NCBI GenBank assembly: GCA_051294905.1
Contig: CM119373.1
Coordinates: forward strand, 12,958,001 to 13,022,000
Direction: 5' to 3'
DNA: 64,000 nucleotides
Source of the DNA: Botryllus schlosseri
Taxonomy: Eukaryota
A model generated the notes under the pieces. The model saw only the letters and a program-made list of their open reading frames with translations. It searched no databases and was not told the DNA's origin. Positions 50,725 to 62,046 of the stretch are shown here, one piece after another (the first letter of the stretch is position 1; each line of letters opens with the position of its first letter). The position numbers were made by a program, and so were the translations under genes.

Positions 50725-50965
50725 CAATTTTTGCAGTTGTCGTGACTTGCTTGATGCCGAAAAACGCCCTGTAGAACTTGCAACCGACGCGCCAGTCAAC
50801 GGCCTTCCCGTGTTATCTTGAGTAGACGAAGGGGGTCTTCCGTGGCTTTCAGCACCCCTTCCTGACGAGGGCGGCCTCGAAAACTTGCCGTAGGCGTCAG
50901 CCTCGAACAACATGGACGCAGACTTAGCGCTGTTGAGACGATCTGTCGTTTCGAGCCGTTCGCTG
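50725..50965 (-). CDS. Ankyrin protein exon (SERLETTDRLNSAKSASMLFEADAYGKFSRPPSSG...SRQLQKL)
   Basis: ttaccag|C ... TTG|gtaggt, phase 2 to 0. A tandem CAGCAG acceptor also allows a start at 50962. Confidence 0.82.
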
Positions 50966-51753
50966 CTGGTAACGGTGAATAAAAAGCATGTCACACTGTC
51001 AGGGAAGTATCCAGGGGTTTGATAGCTTGATTAATTTCGGCCATTGTATGATATGTTGAGCTGAAATAGTTTAACTCATCGCCGGAATTATTACATCCAG
51101 AGCCATTTCAAAAATAGTATTGTATTCAAGCTAGGTGATCAGGAATGAAGTGCTTCTACTTTTTCATTTTATTCAAGTAGGTTTGACCGACTCCAGTATT
51201 TACTCAAGTGTTTATTTTTCAAGACTACTCCCACTCCTAGTAAACAGATTTCCGGGTCAAACTACTTAGTATTCTGTAAAGTATAGTTCGGGGATATTTT
51301 CGCATCACTTGAGCCAGTTGAATTGTCACAATATCTTATAGGCGACATACCCCACGTAGCACGTTGTTTGAATATTGTATTACACCTATTTTTAGTGTTC
51401 TTGCAGTATAATTGAGCTCATCAATAATGGAGACAGAATTTGCATTTCCAAAGGTATTGATCTCGATTTCTAGCCCTAAACTCCCCATGCACACGTCCCC
51501 GGACACGACATATCACCAAAACAGTCATAATTCCACTACTGATCAGGCCTAATAGCCTTCAACCAATGAGTCCCAAGAAGGGCGTGTCATTATGAATGAT
51601 ATGAATGATCGCGTCTGCACCTTAACATCCGTAGATTCCCAAAGACTGGAGAATGGAACCCCTAGTGTAGGCTACCTTTGAACACTGTTTGAATACCTCT
51701 CTCAAGTAGCAATTCCAATCACGAACACTACTAAATTACTAAGCCCTACTTAC

Positions 51754-52017
51754 TCATAGGTTTCGTCCACCCCTTCTTGCGACTCTGTCAGCGTGAGAGT
51801 CGGAACATCGCCAGGATACTCGTCTCCTTTCTCGTCGCTCGCCTCGTGCTGCTTCGTAGGCGATTTCGCTACGCGGCGGGGTGTTCGCGATTTACGTCCG
51901 CTTGGCGACTCCAGCGCGCTCTGCATGGCCTTCCGCTTTTCCAAGTTCGACTTCAACCATTCGGCCGCATTCAAGAAGTGCTCGTTATCGCGCAGGGTAA
52001 TGCACGCATTGGCATAC
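51754..52017 (-). CDS. Ankyrin protein exon (YANACITLRDNEHFLNAAEWLK...ESQEGVDETY)
   Basis: aattttag|G ... GA|gtaagt, phase 2 to 2; GC-rich coding composition. Confidence 0.88.
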
Positions 52018-52347
52018 CTAAAATTCAAATTTTCAATTTCATTCCAGACCATTAAAAAGAATCTATGTATGCAAGTAACACAATAACGTTTGTTATTTCC
52101 TCTGATTGTCATCAGATTTCTAGCTATTCTGAAACGCGTTAGACAGGCTGAAAAAGAACACAGAGCAAAGTTAGTTACAGGGAAAACCAGGGTTTGATTT
52201 CAAGTGTCCAATACGTGATTTCGAAAGGTAAATTTCACACGCCTGATAAGGAAATTTGTTGTTGTTGTTTCGATATCAATGGTCATTTTACGCCATGTCG
52301 ATATTATTTTTATAACTCCTGAATTGTCGGATCCCTTTTTTCTAGGC

Positions 52348-52644
52348 CTGTGGTTCCCAACCTTTTCGCTTCATCGCCTACTTATCAAGCTCGACACATA
52401 TTTTCGCTCACCCCATTCTTATGGATCCGAAAAAGAGGTCATACAAACAAGAAATTTATTCACCTAAATCTGTGAAGTTGAGTTAACCTTTTATTTTAAT
52501 CAACTTACGAGCCATATGCATTTTCGCCGTGTTAATTAAATGGATATCACTAGACTTTCTAACAATTTCGCCCCTATTGCCCCCCAATCTTCGCCGTCGG
52601 TATTTTCGCCCCCTGGGGGATATCGCCTACTATAGGAACCACTG
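52348..52644. mobile_element. Charlie-like hAT MITE, 297 bp, TSD (T/C)TCTAGGC
   Basis: ttctaggc|CTGTGGTTCCCAACC ... ATAGGAACCACTG|ctctaggc; NTCTAGNN-type target. Confidence 0.82.
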
Positions 52645-52989
52645 CTCTAGGCTATTCTAAGACAGATTTAGCGGATCAGGTTGCGAAGGGGGTGACTGAA
52701 AGCCTGGATAAACCTTGAACAATTAGGCGTCAGGATTCTTGTGTGTATAGTCGGTATGTCTACCAGTTGTGACTATTATGTGTTAGTATTGAGTCAGTGG
52801 GTAGCCTACAATGCATGTGCAGTTATTCAGTTGTGAATGATATAGTAGTACGAGATAAGTTTGTCTTAACTATTTCATGTGGAAGTAGAAAATGAAGATC
52901 ACGTCCACTAGTTGTCGCTCCATTCACACTTTATGCTCACTGAAACCAGAAGACTAAACTTGTTTGAGCTTATGTATCTTGTATTATAA

Positions 52990-53832
52990 CAGGGGTCACC
53001 AACACGCGGCCCGCAAGGTCATATTTTGCGGCCCGCGACCTGATTTGAAATTTCGGAAGAACGATTACTAAAGCATTTTGAAATGCAGACTCCCTAATTA
53101 ATAAGAGGTCGAAATTATTCTTGCTACGCGCGTTTCAATGTGAGCTGATTATAGATTTTAACATATCAGTGTCCTTTGTAATCTGAACCCCACAGTGAAA
53201 ATACGAACAGCAGAGGAAAATGTTGCGCCCCATAAAGAAAAATCAATTTGCAATCGTTTTCTAGTCAAAGGGGACTATCAAGAATTGGCCCACCCAAAGA
53301 TGCAGTGCAGCATTAATAACTTCCCTAAATTTCTTAGAAACTTCCTGCATTAACTCTTCCGGTAAATTTGATGACGTGGGCTAAGAGAGGATAAATATTT
53401 GATTGTAATATTTGAAACTATACTATTATTAATGACGAAATTCATTCAGTAATATGAAAAAGTTTTCGCGCTTCGCGCGACTAGGATATGAAGTCCTGTG
53501 GTTGTTCATCGCATTTCGGTGCGCATGGTAAGCCAATGTGAGGAAATCGATTAGTCTGGATTTCGACGGCAATGGACATGGACACTGGACAGTTTAATGT
53601 GGGTATCTGGCCCCCAGTCAGCCCGTTACGACTATGCACTGGAATGCTGCCGTAGCTAACATGCCCGTCGCCCATGTTGGAGAGAAAAGTGTTGTATTGG
53701 CGTAGAGTTATAAAAACCTATGGCTGTGATACTGCCTTGCCGAATTATATCTCGCTATTAAAGTCATGCGGCCCGCGGCCTCAAAAAATTTTGAAAAGTG
53801 GCCCGCGACTCTTTTTGAGCTGGCGACCCCTG
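52990..53832. mobile_element. hAT element, 843 bp, TSD TATTATAA
   Basis: tattataa|CAGGGGTCACCAAC ... GCTGGCGACCCCTG|tattataa, with GCGGCCCGC subterminal repeats. Confidence 0.92.
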
Positions 53833-53924
53833 TATTATAATCAGTAGGTCTACACTGGTTATCGCTTAAGTGTCCGCGATCTACTTCTGGCGTTGTATAT
53901 TGTTAACAACTGTCGCTTACTCAC

Positions 53925-54099
53925 CTCACCAAATCGTGCGCTATATCGTAATGTTCTGTTTTAATAGCCAAAAGCAACGCTGTGTATCCTTGACGATCGC
54001 GTCGGTCAATCTCCAGATCAAACTTAACCAGTTTGCCCATCAGCATGCGGCATATGGCAATATGCCCTTCAAGACACGCTAGCATCAAAGGGGTACGAC
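53925..54099 (-). CDS. Ankyrin protein exon (RTPLMLACLEGHIAICRMLMGKLVKFDLEIDRRDRQGYTALLLAIKTEHYDIAHDLVR)
   Basis: ttattgcag|GT ... AG|gtgagt, phase 1 to 2. Two ANK repeats. 'LVKFDLEIDRRDRQGYTALLLA' resembles ANKRD63 'LVRSFRRLGLRLDRTNRAGLTALQLA'. Confidence 0.93.
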
Positions 54100-54762
54100 C
54101 TGCAATAAATGTCAGAATTGGTAACCTTTGACACACTAGGCTACATGTATATCAAGCCATCATATGAGTTACGGGTTTAAAAGTGATAATCAACTAGCAA
54201 AACAAGCTTTTCTCGTTGCCTGTTGCATCCTATATACGTGGTTGGCAAATTGTTACCAAGATGAATGAATATTAAGCTTATGGTATTGCGCTTGTAAATT
54301 ACTCAGATTACAATAGTTACATATAAAAATTTAGGAATTGGGGATTGTTATACCATGGTATAAGTGAAATATGCAGCGCATATATAGCGCATGGACCATC
54401 GATTATCCTCATGATTATTAAATATGGTGAATATGTATGGCTGTGAAGCCTTTATCAATTCACACTTGATATACATCACAAGAAACGAAACTCTGAGACT
54501 AAGAAAAAATGACCAATTATGTAACTATCTTCAGGAAAGATAGTTCACTATAATTATTGATCAAAGGTAAAAGAGATCACCCCAAACAGTGCAACACTGG
54601 TTATTCGAGTTCGATTCACATGTACATATTTAGAGCGATACGTTTTCATAAACTCTGATGATTCTGCTTGAATATACGATTACGAACTCGGGACGTTAAT
54701 GAGGAATGTTCAAATATTTCCATCATATTTTAAATAAAACCGCAATGGCATGGAATGCGTAC

Positions 54763-54910
54763 CTTCATAATCCTGCGTGTTAAGTTCGATACCGTCCTCA
54801 TTTACAAGGACTTTGGCCACTTCGCTCTTCCCCGTATAACAGGCGTAATGTAAAGCGCTTCTTCCCAGCGAGTCGACGGCATTAATGGACACGTTGAATT
54901 TCAGAAGGAT
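54763..54910 (-). CDS. Ankyrin protein exon (ILLKFNVSINAVDSLGRSALHYACYTGKSEVAKVLVNEDGIELNTQDYEG)
   Basis: ctccag|ATC ... G|gtacgc, phase 0 to 1; canonical ANK repeat 'DSLGRSALHYAC'. Confidence 0.93.
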
Positions 54911-54916
54911 CTGGAG

Positions 54917-56062
54917 TAGGGTTACCATATTTCAGAAACCCCAATTCCGGACACTCTTTAGCGCCCACTAGTGTATTTCAAAATGAGTTATGACGTCACG
55001 CTAGCAAAGCTTTGCTCAGAGACCAGAGGTGCTGGTCACGATCCGGTTCAGGAGTATGTGGCTGTGTGTTGTGTAACCGGGACCGAAAGCACATGTTTAC
55101 AGCCTCCTCCCGCCCAAATATACAATGATTTTGAGCCCACACTATAGGCCTAGGGTAATCGATGCAACTTCTGAGGGGGGTGCTTGCTATATGAATCTGG
55201 TTTATATATGCTTCTGGTCGTTAAATTATTTGAATGAATTCTGTCAATAATATTGGTCGTTCCATATATTACTATATAGCTATTGCTCTCCACCTACATG
55301 ATCAGAGTTAGCGTTAGATCTGGTGGAGGATGATGGGTTCGAAAATAAAGGGAGCTTAATTGCACATGGTTAAGTCATGTTCATGTCCTACCTATAAGAT
55401 TGATTATCAGCCTTATGCCAGTGCGCACCACGGAGCTTTATAAACTTAAACACCCAACATCCAGTGATTTCAAACCTTTTATGGTGGCGACTCCCTCTCC
55501 AATTTGAAAATGTTCCGTGGCCCAGATCAAAATTTGACGAGCTGATTACTAAAAGAAGTCAGCACCTTTGCCCGGACTTACTCACGGGCTATTTTGGAAG
55601 CTGATTACATTCAACATATTCGCAAACCTCAGAATAAAGGCAGACGACCCCCACCCCCCACCCCGATTGGACCCACTATCTTTGAATAAAGCATTTAGAC
55701 GGTTTTAACGATCTCTAGGAATATACCGTTCTCCTATAATTGAGATTACAATTAGGCTTATTGCAGTAAATGAAGGTTGTTTTTATTTATATTTTATGGC
55801 TCTTTTTACTAGCGAGGTAGTCTCCATATAAAAATCCATGAATGTGACAGTAAATCGCGTGCAGCGCGAAGAAAAATATCGCGCATCAGCATAAATATTC
55901 CCAAAAAATATTGTTTTTATGATGATTCGAAAAAATTATGAGCCTACGTCAAGTCTTCAAAATTCCGGACATTTGGCATATTTTAGAAATTCCTCCCGGA
56001 CGCTAGTTTGAACAGTGAAATTCCGGACATGTCCGGGAAATTCCGGACGTATGGCAACCCTA
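54917..56062. mobile_element. hAT element, 1146 bp, inserted at a splice acceptor; TSD ATCTGGAG/ATTTGGAG
   Basis: atctggag|TAGGGTTACCATA ... TATGGCAACCCTA|atttggag, with TCCGGACA subterminal repeats at both ends. Confidence 0.88.
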
Positions 56063-56648
56063 ATTTGGAGTAAATATCATTCTGCGGAGTAAGACTTCAC
56101 ACATACCCGAGTCGATTCGTGGAAACTGACTTGAATATATCAAAGATTATTTTGAGCTTGAATTTACGAATTTCGCGAAGTCGGATAAGGATTGGATAGT
56201 GGAATTTTGAAGTATTTTAAGTTTAGATTCAGTGTTAGTTTATGCCTAATTCTATGACTAATGTTCCACTGGAAAACAACACCGCCAGTAATCCCTTGTA
56301 TGGTGTTCGAAACATCGATATAGGTGGAGCTATGGTAACCATGTCACACCGCCTCGTGCAGGGTTGGTGTTTTATGTATGATGCTTTTCGGCATTGGAAA
56401 ATACTCCTAAATCTTTTCTGAACACATCAGCTGAATAGGGCAGCCCTCTATTGGTCACATTAAATGATTAATCATCAGCTACATGTATCATCAGCTACAA
56501 ATCGCGTATAGCATTGCTCAATCAATATCCGCAGTATACGTGATGAATTGATGACTAAATTAATATAACATTCCCCGTAGATTACAACCGAAATTAGTCT
56601 TATATATGGTTTTCGGTAGCTAATTACAAGCAAGCGGGCTCCATTGGG

Positions 56649-57185
56649 CAGGGTTGTAACCAAGTCATAAGGCTCCGAGTCACAAGTCAATCTCAATTTT
56701 ATAGTTTTGACTCGAGTCAAGTCGAGTCATTTCAATTCACCACCGAGTCACGTCCGACTCCAAGTCAGCGAGCAGAGGGTCGAGTCCGAGTCATGGAAAT
56801 ATGACTCGAGTCCGAGTCCAAGTCATTATGTAGACTGCTCAGTCTCCAGTTAAAGTCTTGGTAATCCCACTTTTTATAACTCTGTTTGATGGTATCGAAT
56901 GTTTCGCATTTATTATATACCAATTTTCCTTACTTTTAGCAGTTTGTGGTCGAATATTCAAGTACCAGTACCAACAGACGAAATCCCAATAGTGTGTTGG
57001 CTTCGGAAGTACAATGACATGTCGGTCTTGGCCGTCTGAGTCTCGAGTCAATACACAGATTGACTCGAGTCGAGTCGAGTCATTTCAGTATTTTGAAAAA
57101 GTGACTCGAGTCAAGTCATGTCATCAGAAAATCGTGACTCGAGTCGGACTCGAGTCGAGTCATGACTCGAGTCATTACAACCCTG
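56649..57185. mobile_element. GACTCGAGTC-rich hAT MITE, 537 bp, TSD CC(A/G)TTGGG
   Basis: ccattggg|CAGGGTTGTAA ... TTACAACCCTG|ccgttggg. Confidence 0.88.
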
Positions 57186-57755
57186 CCGTTGGGTGTTAGA
57201 TACCTCGAAAAAGGGATCGTTATTGGACTGTAGAAATTAGTAAAGTAGTAGCCCTATTTGTACGCTGCAATCAGATAGATGACTATGTGGTCACGTCGTT
57301 CGAAGTCGGAAATCGTCACCAACAGCCAACACTCATGTCGATATCCATCATTATCCAACAATGAGTTTTGCAACCAACCAATAACTAGCCTATCAGTCAA
57401 CGAACATATTTACTAGCTAGCTACTGTTAATGAGAGCAAAGCCTTGAACATTCAAACGTCTGTACAACGAGGTTGGCCAAGTTCTAACCAGGTAACGGAC
57501 CAAAACGAAGAATAATGGTATGAATGTGGAATTGCCTTGTACGATGTTTGTCGTGGTTTGTGTCCGTCTCAGAATTTGTACTGATTTGCGACCCCAACGT
57601 AACGTAGGGTATATCATGCGTCCTACGAATAATATCAATCTGAAACGGCCTCGAGCTAATGTGCTGTGCGTTGCTTTTGGTACCACGTTCGAAACCCCAG
57701 GGGTATTGTGTAAAACAGGGTGAGAAATACTGGTATAAGCTCTGGACGTACTTAC

Positions 57756-57878
57756 TTTTAGAAGTCTGAGCGAGGGCTCGTGGTGTTTCACCAGGCATGC
57801 TTTGATGAGCGGACTTCGATCCATATCCGACTTATCCTTCAACTCACTGTCGACATCTAGCGACAACAGCAGTCGTAC
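57756..57878 (-). CDS. Ankyrin-repeat protein (ANKRD63/34-like), first exon seen (VRLLLSLDVDSELKDKSDMDRSPLIKACLVKHHEPSLRLLK)
   Basis: gatgcag|GTA ... AAA|gtaagt, phase 0 to 0; ankyrin-like 'RSPLIKAC'. The upstream start exon was not identified. Confidence 0.85.
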
Positions 57879-58270
57879 CTGCATCACAACAGCAATTTCT
57901 CATTCCCAGAGGTGGCCGAAGTATAGCCAGATTTGCTAATCAATTTGAAGTCAAAGTAACGCCGTGAAGATCTATTCAATTAATTACGAGAAGTAGAAAT
58001 TGCAAACACATGGCACAACTACTTCAAGTGAAATACTAACGCAAAACGACACAACAAATAGTTACGATTTTCGTAAATACATCCAGAGTTACGGTAAATG
58101 CAATGGACACCATCCTTTTCTGGGAGATGTATATTTTGCGATCCCGGTGAGGAATCTTCGTATTATAGCCTACTCACGAGATCAAGTACGAAAGGAATTA
58201 TTCATTCGATTTCAAATGTCAAAGGGTTGTAATCACTAAAATGCCGTTTGAATATGGGTTTCGCGATATG

Positions 58271-58544
58271 GTTGTGTTTGTTTGCGGTATTCATGGTGTT
58301 TGTCGACTACTATGGTCATTTACACCAAGCCAATTTTCTTCATTTTTATTCGGCAGCTGCCGACTTATAGCACGGCCCACTTTTTGGCTTTTATAATACA
58401 CCGCTTACGCGGATGAGACGGCAAGGACGAGACTAGATGAATCCTAACATTTAGGTAGGAATTCTGGAGTCAACGTCGGTCGGACTCGAATCCGCAACCC
58501 ATTGGTGTTGCAGCTGTGGATTATACCACTGCGCTATCCCGCCA
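58271..58544 (-). mobile_element. tRNA-derived SINE family 1, full copy
   Basis: Head GTGGCGGGATAGCGCAGTGG (A-box)...GGATTCGAGTCC (B-box-like); body and AAAC tail match the other copies. Confidence 0.9.
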
Positions 58545-61449
58545 CATTCACGATATGATAATAATTGTCTATTGGGTAATTAATCTAGCAATGTCACGGA
58601 GCTCCTTGCATTAAATTCAAGTAGTTCCGGCGTTAGCAATAATATCTGTGAATGGATGTTTTATTATACCAACTTGAACCCGTGTGGTCATACTCGAATC
58701 GCGCAGACGCATATCGCATTACATTGCTAGCACTAAATTCACTCATATGGAGCAGAAGCGAATGTAGCCGGGTAATCAGTAAGTCGGCAAGTACCGTTCC
58801 AAGCACAGATGCTCACTACAGTAACACAACGGTATACCCGTGGATATCACGATCGTAAGCAGGTCTGGATTCAATGATTCGAGTACTCGGGTCTGAATCG
58901 AGTACTGAATCGCTATTCTCCTTGCCACTAACAGTTGATCTATCATTCTTCTTCGATACTATTCTTCACTGTGGCAGCACAAAATCCACGATTGGTAGTA
59001 TCGCAGCATACGAAACATGCAATAGAAAGCCACGCGCTTTGATGGACGTGACACACATATATGAAGTTATAATGAACCCACAGCATTGTCAGAAGTTGAT
59101 TGAAATAGGCATGGTCGGAAATATACTAATAATTACTATTATTACGAGTAATAATCCTGAGTTTTAAGTGGTGCCTGTCGCCGTTTCCGGCTTGTGCGTC
59201 ACGTGGAAAATTTGTTATCTAAGATTGGATGATCATGAGATGATCATATAAAACAAATTTCAAACTATATATACAATACATGTTACGCCGACGTGAGAGC
59301 TGTCTTCACTCGTGTTTGCTTACGTACTTGGTTTATTTTGCACCAGTCCGGGCACTGATTCAAAGTATAGAGATGTTTACTCGTCTAAATAATATTAGTT
59401 TGTATGGCACGATAAAGTCGATGGTTATGGTTACCAAACGCCTTTAATTACATTAACGGAATAAAATCAATATGTAATAAGCAAATAGGCCTATATACCA
59501 ATTCCGTAGTTTGATCAATTGCGATAGTTGCCAGAAGCGTTTACTATATTTATAGTTATAGTTATTATTAGGCAAATGAATATTTAATGTATGACAGATA
59601 TCTAACATGGAACACGGATCGTAGTTCAGACAACTCATTGCATTTATGATCACTGTAATATCGATTGTAATATAATATGAATCATATAAAATCTCTTTTA
59701 ATGCTACACCTTCTAACAAAATCTGCTCGAAAATCATGATTAGAGTTCCCAATTGTACGCTCACACTGGCTTTAAAATGTTTGTGCCGTGTGTAAGGTCC
59801 TCGACAAAGGCCAAAGTATATAACAGCCGTATTGTGAGCACTGTCTATGACTCTATGTCATAAACCACCTCTTGCAAAACGAATGTGGATGGCTCGTCTA
59901 CGATCACGAAGTTCTTTACGATTTCGACATGTCGACTGACAAGCGATGTCCAGTTTGGACGATATTTGAGTTGCTGTGTTGCTACACGCAGCAACGTATA
60001 GGTTAGGCATTAGGGGCGGTGATTAAGTATAAAGGTACTGGTTCGAGTGAAATATCTACTAGCTTTTCACCTTATCGGCTACTGTACCTCTGTCTGTGCA
60101 ACAGGGGTTCGTAAAGTATGGGTCGCGACGACACCAGAGAGATCTATTTTATGTATGCAATATTTGTTGAAGCTCTTGCAACGACAAATTTATTCGTTTA
60201 TGACTGTTTGACAAGAGCGAAATGCAACGGCTTGTTGGTAAATCGACTCGCAAGTGACTCTTGTTCGCATCCAGTATATTCCTGGACAGCTCAAAGAATT
60301 TTCGATGCCCGTACGAACAGGTTTGCATCACTAGGTCGAATTAACACTTGCATCAGGCACATCTGTCTTTGTCAGTACGTGCTTATGATCCAGCTTAAAG
60401 CTAGCGATCTAACTCTTGCCCGTTTCCTGGCCGACACATATATAGGCTGACTGTGACGGACGCGAGACCTATATATAACCATAATAGGGCGTGATATTCC
60501 ATGTAACATTCCAAAATTTGGAGGTACAAACTTTATTTTGGTTTTGTGTGGAATTTCCATTCTTGCAAGTGATAGTAATTTGGAATTAAAGGTTAACTTA
60601 AGGAGACTCTGATCGCAATATCATGATTGCCGTTTAGTTTAGTTTTTCACATAAATAGCCTACTCGCAGGGTTGAACCTACCAAGGTTTCTTTGCGAACT
60701 CGAACCTCTGAATTATTCAGGTATGTTTATTCACCACAAACGTGAACCGAACCTTCAAACCATTCTCGCTATATGCATAGCCTATATACGACACATCGTC
60801 TAAGGCAGAGTTGAACAGTTGCCTATAATATGATTATTGACGAAAATACAACTACGTTATCAAAAGTAAGCAAAGCAAATAAAGGAGCAAAAAATGGAAA
60901 TGTGAATCATGATAAATTCGTAAGGAACATACTTGATGTATTCTCTCTTCCGAGATTGCCTGATTAAGACAATTCATTTTTCTTTTCCGGCAGAAAATCC
61001 GTTAGCTCGCCTCAATTCGATATTATGTCTACCAATAGCTCTCGTCTACGATTGTATATCCCACGTTACATTTATTTACACTACCAACAGACGAAAGAAT
61101 AAATCACTCTTGTACCTCGTACATGATATACGCAGTCTTTCGCCTACGGAGTCCCATCAGATTCCATTATAATTGTCAATGCGAGGATACAATACATTAA
61201 ATAGATCGAATTACTTCGGTGGGTTATATCACAACTAAAACGGGAGATATGGGATAGGCTGTTATAAACAATACCTCCGAATTAAAGACTAAGGTATGAT
61301 AGTCTTATTACTTCCAGAATATTGTTTTCTCCAATACAGCACATGGTCGTTCCTGACACTCCAATCATATTATAATCCTATGCTACGTATAAGATTATAG
61401 AAAATAGGAGTATCAAGGCTCGTTTGACATTTATCATCATGTGATAGGA

Positions 61450-62046
61450 GTCGCGAGATAGCGTAGTGGCATAATTCACAGCTGCAACACCAATGGATTG
61501 GAGGTTCGCTTCCGGCCGAGGTCGACTCCAGAATTCCTAGGTTTATCTACGCTCCACCTCTCCATCTCATCCATCTAAGGTGTAAGCGGTGTCTTATAAA
61601 AGCTTAGAACTGGGCCGTTCTACAATAGAAAATGAAAAAAATTGGCCTGGTGTAAATGATCATTTAAAGGAAGGAAAGGACGTAGTTTATTTTTGTCCTT
61701 GATGTTTTTGCGGCATATACACCGACTCATGATATACATACACACGATCTGCGCATATGCATACCATGAGTGCATGATGTGCATATGCCGCTGGACAAGG
61801 AAGTGCAGATATAGCCTTTACGACTTTCGAAGTCATGCACCACCCCTCCATGCTATCCCAGTAACGCATGAGCGCCAAGCAGGGAAGCCATGGATACCAG
61901 TGTTACTAATCAGGTCTTTGGTCTGACCCGGCCGGGAATCGAACCCACGACCTACCGATCAAGACGCCGGACGCTTAACCATTACGCTATCTTGATCGGT
62001 GTAGTCGATTGTAGTCGACTAACACCTTGAATACTTCAAAACAAAC
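61450..62046 (+). mobile_element. SINE family 1 copy interrupted in its 3' part by SINE family 2
   Basis: Head gtcgcgagatagcgtagtgg at 61450; body to ...ggcctggtgtaaatga (about 61659); tail gtagtcgactaacacc resumes after 62000. Confidence 0.85.
61665..62000 (-). mobile_element. tRNA-derived SINE family 2, full copy
   Basis: A-box TAGCGTAATGG, B-box GGTTCGATTCC; body matches 17296-17576; (TCCT)-like tail. Confidence 0.9.

Noticed and set aside
34259-52086. Plus-strand ORFs at 34259, 43515, 49587, 49881, 50092, 51777 and 51793
   Set aside because: Mostly antisense shadows of, or adjacent to, GC-rich real exons; no independent splice or homology support.
56649-57185. CRISPR-like or satellite array (GACTCGAGTC repeats; also the AGTAGA repeats)
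   Set aside because: Irregular short motifs bounded by TIRs and TSDs in a eukaryotic intron; they are hAT subterminal repeats.
27950-62000. tRNA genes suggested by A/B boxes
   Set aside because: No closed cloverleaf or acceptor stem, and each continues into a shared non-tRNA body and tail. These are SINE heads.
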